32,825 nucleotides of DNA, taken from the NCBI GenBank assembly GCA_035703635.1, contig DASSXV010000080.1:1-32825 (forward strand). Direction: 5' to 3'. The translations under genes and the position numbers were made by a program. Every line of letters begins with the position of its first letter. The stretch's first letter is position 1. Below the pieces are notes generated by a model. That model did not search any database, was not told where the DNA came from, and saw only the letters and a program-made list of their open reading frames with translations. Shown piece by piece: positions 25,780 to 32,825 of this stretch. The stretch comes from Trueperaceae bacterium. Its GTDB lineage: Bacteria; Deinococcota; Deinococci; Deinococcales; Trueperaceae.

Positions 25780-28044
25780 ATGAAGCACCTCGCGCACCTA
25801 GCGCTCGACCACAGTCGCGTTGTCATCGGCATTTTTCTCGTGCTGACCGCACTGTTCGCGTTCAACGCCACCCGCATTCAGACGGACAACGACACGCAGT
25901 CGCTCTACCCGGACGACTCGAGCATCGACGCCCTCGCCAAGGAGCTGGAACGCACCTTCGCGCAGCACGACCGCCTGCTCCTGGTCGTCGAGGGCGACAT
26001 CTACAGCGCCAAGGCGCTGAACGGCGTGCGGACATTGACCGCCGCGCTTAAGCGCCTCCCCGGCGTAGCAGACGTGACCTCGGTGGCCACCGCCAAGCGC
26101 ATGGAGGACGACGACGGCTTCCTACTCGTCGACAACCTCCTGCCAGGCAACGATCCGGACGCCGACACCGTCGTAGCCATCCGCCACTACCTCGAGACCT
26201 CACCCATGTACGAGAACGTGACGCTCGTAAGCCGAGACGGCCGCCACGCCAGCCTCATCATCGAGATGAACGAAGGACTCGACGCCAACGCGTTCGCGCG
26301 GTCCGTCGTCACCACCGTCGACGACAACTGGGTCGGGGCGTACTCGTTGGCTGGCCGGGCCTTCACGAGCATGGAGCTGCAGTCCATCATCGGCCGTGAC
26401 CTTCCCGTCCTCGGCGCCATAGCGCTCACCGCCATCCTCGTCATGCTCTTCCTCAACTTCCACACCCTGCAGGGCACCCTCCTGCCACTCGCCCAGATCC
26501 TGCTCGGAGTCGTGTGGGGCATGGGCATCTTCCACCTACTCGGCTTCAAACTGATGGCCCTGACGGTCATCGGACCTATCGCCGTCATGGCGGTGGGTAG
26601 TTCGTTCGTCATCAACATGCTGGGCCGCTACTATTACGAACTCTCCCACGGCGCAAGCAAACGCGTCGCGATAGACCGCATGCTCGGTGAGACGGGGCTC
26701 GGGGTCGTCATCTCCGGGCTAGCCATCTCCGCGGCCATGAGCACCTTCCTGCTCTCGAGCCTGCAGATGGTGCGCGGACTGGGGCTCGTCGCCATGCTCG
26801 GCGTGCTTGCCTCGCTTCTCGCCTCCATGCTGCTGCTTCCCGCACTGCTCAACGTCCTGCCCACCCCCAAGCGGGTGGACGACCCCGAGAACCCGGGTGC
26901 CATCGGCAGGCTGCTCAACCGCCTCGGTCTTGTCGTCGTCGCTAGGCGCAGAGCGATCCTGGTTGGCGCGGCGATCCTAGTGCTGCTGGCGGCATGGGGC
27001 GCCACGAAGATCGTCCCTGACACCTCGATCCTCGCCTTCTTCCCGCAGGGCGGAGCGACACGCACGAGCGTCGCCACGGTGGAGGAAGTGCTAGGCGGCT
27101 CATCCACCATCACCGTCTGGCTCGAGGGCGACCTCACTGACCCTAAGCTCCTGAACGCCATGCTCGACTACCAGGAGCAGGTCTCGCAGTTGGACGGCAT
27201 GGGCAAGGGCCAATCGATCGCCAACGTCGTGCACGCCCTCAACCTCACCCTCACAGGCGAGGACGCGCTTCCTACCAGCAACCAAGCGGTAGCGCAAGAA
27301 CTCCTCCTCTACCAGTCGTCCGGGAGCGTGAGCGACCTGACGCGCTTCACTACCCTCGATTACCAGCAGGGCATCATCAACTTCGTCGCCAAGTCCATGT
27401 CGACCGAGCGCGTAGGCGAGCTCGAGGTCGAACTCCAACAGCTCGCGGCCCAGGAGTTCGGCGGCATGGCGAGCGCCAAGTTCACTGGCAACCCACTACT
27501 CGAGCGCGAGATCGAGCAGGCCATGCGTCACGACTTCCTCATCAGCCTCACGCTCGCCATCTTCCTAGTCATCGTCATCGACAGCTTCGTGCGCTCGTTC
27601 CGCGCAGCCGCCGTCACGATCCTCGTCCTGCTTGCCACGGTAGCGCTGCAGTACGGCCTGCTCGGCTGGCTTGGGCTGCCGCTCAACCTCGCCACCATGC
27701 TCATGGGCGCCCTAGCCATCGGGGTTGGCGACTACGCCATCCACCTGACGGTGCGTTACATGGAGGAGCGGCGGCACGGGCATGGGCCCGAACTTGCCAT
27801 CCAGCGCTCCCTCTTCAGCTCCGGCCGCCAGATCCTCTTCACCGCGCTGACGCTCGGCGCCGGCTTCGGGGCGCTTGCCTTCGCGAACTTCGTTCCCGTC
27901 GCCACCCTCGGTGGGCTGATGCTCCTCACGGTCGGCCTCGTCGGCATCGCCACCCTCACCCTCCTCCCCGCCGCCAGCCTCACCTTCTTGCGCGACCCAC
28001 ATGCGCGCATGCACATGCCAAAGGAGTTGACCCACGATGCGTAA
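25780..28044 (+). CDS. MMPL/RND family transporter
   Basis: Two repeats of one TM, an extracytoplasmic loop and five TMs; GVGDYAIHL, LLLPALL, LTLLPA. Start uncertain (25711 or 25780). Confidence 0.9.
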   Translation: MKHLAHLALDHSRVVIGIFLVLTALFAFNATRIQTDNDTQSLYPDDSSIDALAKELERTFAQHDRLLLVVEGDIYSAKALNGVRTLTAALKRLPGVADVTSVATAKRMEDDDGFLLVDNLLPGNDPDADTVVAIRHYLETSPMYENVTLVSRDGRHASLIIEMNEGLDANAFARSVVTTVDDNWVGAYSLAGRAFTSMELQSIIGRDLPVLGAIALTAILVMLFLNFHTLQGTLLPLAQILLGVVWGMGIFHLLGFKLMALTVIGPIAVMAVGSSFVINMLGRYYYELSHGASKRVAIDRMLGETGLGVVISGLAISAAMSTFLLSSLQMVRGLGLVAMLGVLASLLASMLLLPALLNVLPTPKRVDDPENPGAIGRLLNRLGLVVVARRRAILVGAAILVLLAAWGATKIVPDTSILAFFPQGGATRTSVATVEEVLGGSSTITVWLEGDLTDPKLLNAMLDYQEQVSQLDGMGKGQSIANVVHALNLTLTGEDALPTSNQAVAQELLLYQSSGSVSDLTRFTTLDYQQGIINFVAKSMSTERVGELEVELQQLAAQEFGGMASAKFTGNPLLEREIEQAMRHDFLISLTLAIFLVIVIDSFVRSFRAAAVTILVLLATVALQYGLLGWLGLPLNLATMLMGALAIGVGDYAIHLTVRYMEERRHGHGPELAIQRSLFSSGRQILFTALTLGAGFGALAFANFVPVATLGGLMLLTVGLVGIATLTLLPAASLTFLRDPHARMHMPKELTHDA

Positions 28045-28801
28045 GCTCGTGAACCAAGCGCTCGCAGCCATCCTCGCCCTCACCCTCCTCAGCGCGGCCG
28101 CGGCCCAGCGCTACGCCACCGCAGACGACCTGATGAGCGCCGTAGAGGCCCGCCCCGAACCCAAGACCACCGAGGCTACGCTGACGATGACCATCACGAC
28201 TGCCGGTGGACAGACCCTTACTCGCACGCTGCAGATGTGGGGCGCCGGTGACGACAAGCGCCTCATCAAGTTCACCGCCCCCGCCGACATCTCCGGCTCC
28301 GGCTTCCTCACCATCACGCAAGCCGATGGGAGCGAGGAGAAACTCGTCTACCTGCCTGCTCTCGACCGCGTGCGCCGCATAGCGGGCGGCCAGCAGGGCG
28401 ACGCGTTCTTCGGTTCCGACTTCTCGTACGAAGACATCACCGGCATCGACCCTGACGACTACACTCACGCGCTCCTGAGCGTGAAGGACGGACCAACCTA
28501 CGTCGTTGAGGCAACGCCAACGGCGGCCAGCGGCTCGGTCTACGACCGGCTCGTCATAGACGTTCCCGAAGCGTCGCTGGTGCCCGTGCGAGTCGAGTAC
28601 TACCGCGCTGGCGCACTGGTCAAGGTCCTCTCGGTGAGCGGCCTTACCGAGGTCGCCGGTTACACCATCGCAACCGAGCGACGCATGGAGTCCATGGTCG
28701 ATGGCAAGGTGAGCACCTTCACCGTCATCACCCAATCAGACGTGCAGCTCGACGTGACCCTGCCGGACGAGCTCTTCACCGAACGCTACTTGAGGCGCTG
28801 A
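28037..28801 (+). CDS. Outer membrane lipoprotein-sorting (LolA-like) protein
   Basis: Signal peptide; FTAPADISGSGFL, YLPALDRVRRI, FFGSDFSYEDI, LFTERYL. Confidence 0.9.
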   Translation: MRKLVNQALAAILALTLLSAAAAQRYATADDLMSAVEARPEPKTTEATLTMTITTAGGQTLTRTLQMWGAGDDKRLIKFTAPADISGSGFLTITQADGSEEKLVYLPALDRVRRIAGGQQGDAFFGSDFSYEDITGIDPDDYTHALLSVKDGPTYVVEATPTAASGSVYDRLVIDVPEASLVPVRVEYYRAGALVKVLSVSGLTEVAGYTIATERRMESMVDGKVSTFTVITQSDVQLDVTLPDELFTERYLRR

Positions 28802-28802
28802 C

Positions 28803-30017
28803 GTGCGGAGCGTAACGATCCTCTTCACTAGCCTGCTCCTTGGCCTAGCGGCCGCCAAGGCGCCAGACATGAGTGGCCGCGCCGAGGTCACGTTCGGAGT
28901 GGCCGTCGACGGTGCGCTCCCCGTAGCCGCCGCAGACCTGGCCCTCACCCTCAAAGGCGAGGTCGGCTCCGGCTACTTTCCCGACGCGGCCTACCGCGCG
29001 ACCGTGGTCGCTGGCTACGACGCCGCTACCGGCGCGGCGACCGTCGCCCTCGACGAGGCTTACGCGACGATCTACCTCGGTAAGGTCGAGCTGACCGCAG
29101 GCAAGATGCGGCGCTTCTGGGGCTCGACGGACGGCGTGAACCCGGTCGACGTCCTCAACCCGCGCGACCTGAGCTTCCCACCTGATGGCGAGAAACTGGC
29201 CGTGCCGCTGGTGCACGCGGGCGTGTATGCGGACGACGTGAAAGTTGAGTTCGCGGTAGTGCCCTTGTTCACGCCCGCCGTCCTCCCGGGCGCCGCCTGG
29301 CACCCTGCCCTCACGCCTCAACTCCCACCCGGCATGACGGTGGTGGGCGTCGATGCACCCGAAGTCAACCGGCCAGCAGCGGAGCTCGGCAACATCCAGT
29401 TCGGCGTGCGCGGCACGCTGGACCTAGGACAGTTCGACGTAAGCGCGACCTACTTCCACGGTTTCCGCAGCCAGCCGACGCAGAGCGCGCGCCTCGAACC
29501 GACCGGCACGCCAGGGCAAGTGCGGTTGCAACCCGTGCTCAACTACGACCGCATCGAGCTGTTGGGGCTCGACTTCTCAGGCACGGTCGGTGACGTGGTG
29601 CTCCGCGGTGAGGCCGCGTACCAGATCACTGCCGACCCTGACGGCACGGACCCCGCTACCGGCAACCACGCACTGCAAGCCGTGCTCGGCGGTGAGTACC
29701 TCATTCCTGGCGGGCCACGAACCGTCGTGCAGGCCATCTTCGACTACACGGCACCGGACGCGGGCGAAGCCGCCGACACGGCATACAAGTTGATGCTGGC
29801 CATGATGTACCAACCGAACACCAGGACGCAGCTCGACTTGGGCTGGATCCAGAGCCTCGACGGTAGCGGGCTACTCATGCCGGCTGTTGGCTACTCTTTC
29901 GCGGACGGCGTGACGGGTGAGGCGAAAGCCTACGTCTTCTACGGCGGAGACGGCAGCGAGTTCGGCGACTGGCGTGAGAACAGCCAACTACGGGTGTCTG
30001 TGGCATACGCCTTCTGA
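28803..30017 (+). CDS. Outer-membrane beta-barrel protein (DUF1302-like)
   Basis: Signal peptide; LDEAY, GK...WGSTDGVNPVDVLNP, LRGEAAY; alternating beta-strand pattern; C-terminal ...VAYAF. Confidence 0.75.
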   Translation: MRSVTILFTSLLLGLAAAKAPDMSGRAEVTFGVAVDGALPVAAADLALTLKGEVGSGYFPDAAYRATVVAGYDAATGAATVALDEAYATIYLGKVELTAGKMRRFWGSTDGVNPVDVLNPRDLSFPPDGEKLAVPLVHAGVYADDVKVEFAVVPLFTPAVLPGAAWHPALTPQLPPGMTVVGVDAPEVNRPAAELGNIQFGVRGTLDLGQFDVSATYFHGFRSQPTQSARLEPTGTPGQVRLQPVLNYDRIELLGLDFSGTVGDVVLRGEAAYQITADPDGTDPATGNHALQAVLGGEYLIPGGPRTVVQAIFDYTAPDAGEAADTAYKLMLAMMYQPNTRTQLDLGWIQSLDGSGLLMPAVGYSFADGVTGEAKAYVFYGGDGSEFGDWRENSQLRVSVAYAF

Positions 30018-30109
30018 CGCCAAGAGCGAGCGCGGCGCACACGACCGCTCAAGTCCTCGGCCTCCTCGATCAGGTGATAACGTGCACGACCAAACGGAGG
30101 TTAGAGAAG

Positions 30110-30994
30110 ATGGAGCTTGGCATCATCACCGACGAGGTTCATGCGAACTTCGCAACCGCCTGCGAGCACATCAGTCGCTGGAGCCTAACTATCGCCGAGG
30201 TGCGTAACGTCGACGGCAAGAACGTCACGCAGCTCGACGAAGGTGAAGCGGAGCAGGCCGCCGCCACACTGCGCCACTTCGGCCTCCGCGTCAGCGGCAT
30301 CGCATCGCCCGTGTTCAAGTCACCGTTCGACGAGGCGGCCGAACCGACGAAAGCGGATTTCAGCGTAGCTGGGGCCGTGACGGTAGCGGAGCAGCTTGAC
30401 CTACTTGAGCGGTCCTGCCGTCTCGCTAAACTCTTCGACACGCGGCTGGTGCGGGTCTTCACCTTCTTGCGCGTTCCCTGGTCAGACGAGGTCGTAACCG
30501 AAGTAGTCGAGCGCATGGTCAGGGCCGTGGAGGTAGCAGCCCGCCACGATGTGATCCTGGCGGTCGAGAACGAGCCCGCCTGCGTGGTCGGCACCGGAGC
30601 CGAGCTCGGTGACTTCTTCGCTCGCCTAGACGCCGCCCTTAGCCCAGCGCTTCGTCGCCACGTCGGGGCCCTCTGGGACCCGGGCAACGCACTGGCGCTC
30701 GGCGAAGACGAACCCTATCCGGCTGGTTACGCCGCCCTAGCTAAGGACCGCATCGTGCACGTGCACCTCAAAGACGCGGCCACCGTGCCAGCAACGTTCG
30801 GCAGCTTCGTTCCACTCGGCGAAGGTCTGGTCGACTACGCAGGCCAGTTCGCGGCCCTGCGCCGCGACGGCTATGCGGGCAGTGTCGTGCTCGAGCCGCA
30901 CTACGCTCCGCCAGGCATGGAGACGACCGCGGCGGCCAAGCTCTGCGTCGATGCCGCGCACAGACTCCTGAGCGCAACAGCGGGTGCCGTGTGA
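30110..30994 (+). CDS. Sugar phosphate isomerase/epimerase (TIM barrel)
   Basis: GIITDE, LAVENE, WDPGN, HVHLKD, GEGLVDY, VLEPH. Confidence 0.9.
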   Translation: MELGIITDEVHANFATACEHISRWSLTIAEVRNVDGKNVTQLDEGEAEQAAATLRHFGLRVSGIASPVFKSPFDEAAEPTKADFSVAGAVTVAEQLDLLERSCRLAKLFDTRLVRVFTFLRVPWSDEVVTEVVERMVRAVEVAARHDVILAVENEPACVVGTGAELGDFFARLDAALSPALRRHVGALWDPGNALALGEDEPYPAGYAALAKDRIVHVHLKDAATVPATFGSFVPLGEGLVDYAGQFAALRRDGYAGSVVLEPHYAPPGMETTAAAKLCVDAAHRLLSATAGAV

Positions 30995-32055
30995 GCCGCG
31001 CCGGAGGTCGGTACGGCGTGACCGTGATCGGCGCAGGGAACATAGCCGCGGCACACATCGACGCGATAACGCGGACGCCGGAAGCGCACCTCGTCGGCAT
31101 AGCCAGCCGCACCCCAGCCAAGGCGCATGCGTTGGCGGGTAGGCACGGGGTGCGCGCCTTCGACTCCGTGGCCATGGCAGTGGCGGACCCCGAGACGGAC
31201 ATCGTTGCGGTGTGCACGCCATCCGGTGCCCACCTAGACCCCGCGCTACTGGCCATCGCGGCAGGCAAGCACGTCGTGATCGAGAAGCCGCTCGAAGTGA
31301 CGACCGCTCGCGCCGTACAGATTATCGAGGCGGCCGAGCGCGCAGGCGTGGCGTTGGCGACGATCTTCATGAGCCGCTTCGCCGACGCCAACGTCTTCGT
31401 CAAGCGGGCCGTTGCCGAGGGGCAGCTCGGCCCGCTCATCCAGGGCAACGCCTTCGTGCCGTGGTACCGGGACCAGGCGTACTACGACAGCGGCGCCTGG
31501 CGCGGCACCAAGCTCATGGATGGGGGCGGCGCCCTCATGAACCAGGCGATCCACCAGGTTGACCTGCTCCTCTGGGTGCTCGGTCCCGTCGAAGAAGTCT
31601 TCGCTTACGCAGGCACGCTTGCTCACGAGCGCATAGAGGTCGAGGACACGCTGGTGGCGTCACTGCGCTTCAAGAACGGCGCGCTAGGGCAGCTAAGCGC
31701 GGCCACGTCGCTGTGGCCTGGCCGGCCGAAGGTGTTGCAGGTGCACGGCGAACATGGGTTCGCCAGCGTAGAGGATGACGTCTTGGTCGACTGGCGCACT
31801 CGCAGCGGCGGGGACGCGGAGCGCACCAGTGTCATAGCTAGCTATGGCGGCGCGGCCACCGGGGGTTCGAGCGACCCGATGGCCATCTCGTTCGAGAACC
31901 ACCGTCGTCAGTACCACGACTTCTTCGAGGCGCTCGACGAGGGCCGGCCGCCCGCGATCGACGGGCGCGAGGGCCTACGCTCACTGCAGTTGATCGAAGC
32001 GGTCTACCGGTCCGCGGCGGAGCGGCAGCCAGTGAAGGTGGCCGCCGCCGATTAG
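30991..32055 (+). CDS. Gfo/Idh/MocA family oxidoreductase
   Basis: IGAGNIA, CTPSGAH, KHVVIEKP, YYDSGAWRGT, GGGALMNQAIHQVD; GTGA overlap with the upstream gene. Confidence 0.93.
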   Translation: MSRAGGRYGVTVIGAGNIAAAHIDAITRTPEAHLVGIASRTPAKAHALAGRHGVRAFDSVAMAVADPETDIVAVCTPSGAHLDPALLAIAAGKHVVIEKPLEVTTARAVQIIEAAERAGVALATIFMSRFADANVFVKRAVAEGQLGPLIQGNAFVPWYRDQAYYDSGAWRGTKLMDGGGALMNQAIHQVDLLLWVLGPVEEVFAYAGTLAHERIEVEDTLVASLRFKNGALGQLSAATSLWPGRPKVLQVHGEHGFASVEDDVLVDWRTRSGGDAERTSVIASYGGAATGGSSDPMAISFENHRRQYHDFFEALDEGRPPAIDGREGLRSLQLIEAVYRSAAERQPVKVAAAD

Positions 32056-32127
32056 CGACTAACTTGGCAGCGCCGGCGCCCTCAGCGGGCGGTTCGGACC
32101 GCGAAAGGTGCGCCGCGCTGCATCACC

Positions 32128-32156
32128 TTGACGAATAGTGCATAAAGCGCTAATAT
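32128..32156 (+). promoter_or_regulatory. Sigma70-type promoter
   Basis: TTGACG-17bp-TAATAT in an AT-rich patch. Confidence 0.7.
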
Positions 32157-32167
32157 ATTGGACATCG

Positions 32168-32194
32168 AACGCGCGAGAAGCGCGTTTTTCTTTT
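32168..32194 (+). terminator. Intrinsic terminator-like hairpin
   Basis: AACGCGC-GAGAA-GCGCGTT followed by TTTCTTTT. Confidence 0.75.
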
Positions 32195-32247
32195 GGCTAC
32201 GGCGCAGTGCCACCTGTGGCGCGCCCGCCACCCTCGTTGGAGTGCCA

Positions 32248-32825
32248 GTGATCCCGTGGAAACTCGTTGCTGAAACCAGCCGTCCAGAGGGCGCCAAGCT
32301 GGCATTGTGGCGCCGCGACCTAGACGGTCGCCCGCCCGAGTTCTCGCTGCGCATCCTAGAACCCAACAAGCCGACCAACGAGCTTATGAACAGCCGCCAG
32401 CACAACTCCGAGAAAGCGCTCTCCGAGCTGGCGCTGAAGGCCCTAGGTCGCGAGGCCAAGAGCCTGCTCGTCGGCGGGCTAGGCATGGGTTTCACGCTGC
32501 GCGCGGCGCTCGACAACTTGCCGTCGAGCGCCAGGGTGACGGTAGCCGAGCTGTTCCCGGAAGTCGTGGCCTGGAACCACGACTACATGGGCGACCTCGC
32601 CGGCAGGCCTCTCGACGACGAACGCGTGCGCGTTCACGTGGGCGACGTAGCCGGTCTGTTCGGTAAAGACAAGGGTCAGTACGACGTCATCTTGCTCGAC
32701 ACCGACAACGGCCCAGAGGGCACGACCGCTGACGACAACGAGCAGCTCTACTCCGACGCTGGCCTAGCCAACATGTGGGCGACCCTAACCCAGGGCGGCA
32801 TCCTGGCCGTATGGTCAGCGTTCGA
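32248..32825 (+). CDS. Spermidine synthase-like class I SAM-dependent protein; 3'-partial
   Basis: Own translation (not in the ORF track): MIPWKLVAE...ELMNSRQHNSEKAL...LVGGLGMGFTLRAAL...VAELFPEVVAWN...ILLDTDNGP...GGILAVWS; GGAG RBS. Confidence 0.85.
   Translation, partial: MIPWKLVAETSRPEGAKLALWRRDLDGRPPEFSLRILEPNKPTNELMNSRQHNSEKALSELALKALGREAKSLLVGGLGMGFTLRAALDNLPSSARVTVAELFPEVVAWNHDYMGDLAGRPLDDERVRVHVGDVAGLFGKDKGQYDVILLDTDNGPEGTTADDNEQLYSDAGLANMWATLTQGGILAVWSAF

Noticed and set aside
32082..32516. 144-aa minus-strand ORF
   Set aside because: It is antisense to the spermidine-synthase-like gene and runs across its promoter.
1..32825. CRISPR arrays, tRNA/rRNA genes, known riboswitches, mobile elements
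   Set aside because: None recognised by eye; intergenic gaps are short. A covariance-model search would be needed to exclude small RNAs.

Overview
GC-rich bacterial chromosomal segment of about 30 genes. It is probably Deinococcota (Trueperaceae-like); this is inferred from the copZ-csoR-copA order with a C-H-H CsoR, a lexA-imuY-type cassette, apparent leaderless genes and outer-membrane genes. No rRNA, tRNA, CRISPR or transposase was recognised. In order, it contains: a dioxygenase-hydrolase fusion, an ArsR/SmtB regulator and a Zn/Cd/Co P1B-ATPase; an MFS exporter; a sugar epimerase-like TIM barrel; a CAP lipoprotein; two convergent operons (GntR-aldehyde dehydrogenase and atypical M19 hydrolase-HcxA/GldA-like dehydrogenase) that share one operator motif; a membrane protein with a TetR that has no canonical start; a THUMP methyltransferase; lexA with an ImuY/ImuB-like gene and no adjacent dnaE2; mntH; copZ-csoR-copA; a CPBP protease; a GAF-GGDEF cyclase; an AlkD-like protein; a TetR-MMPL-LolA-like-beta-barrel envelope system; an epimerase with a Gfo/Idh/MocA oxidoreductase; and a partial spermidine-synthase-like gene whose promoter is followed almost immediately by a terminator. 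Many operators and promoters can be read directly from the sequence. All calls come from motif recognition by eye; no searches were run.
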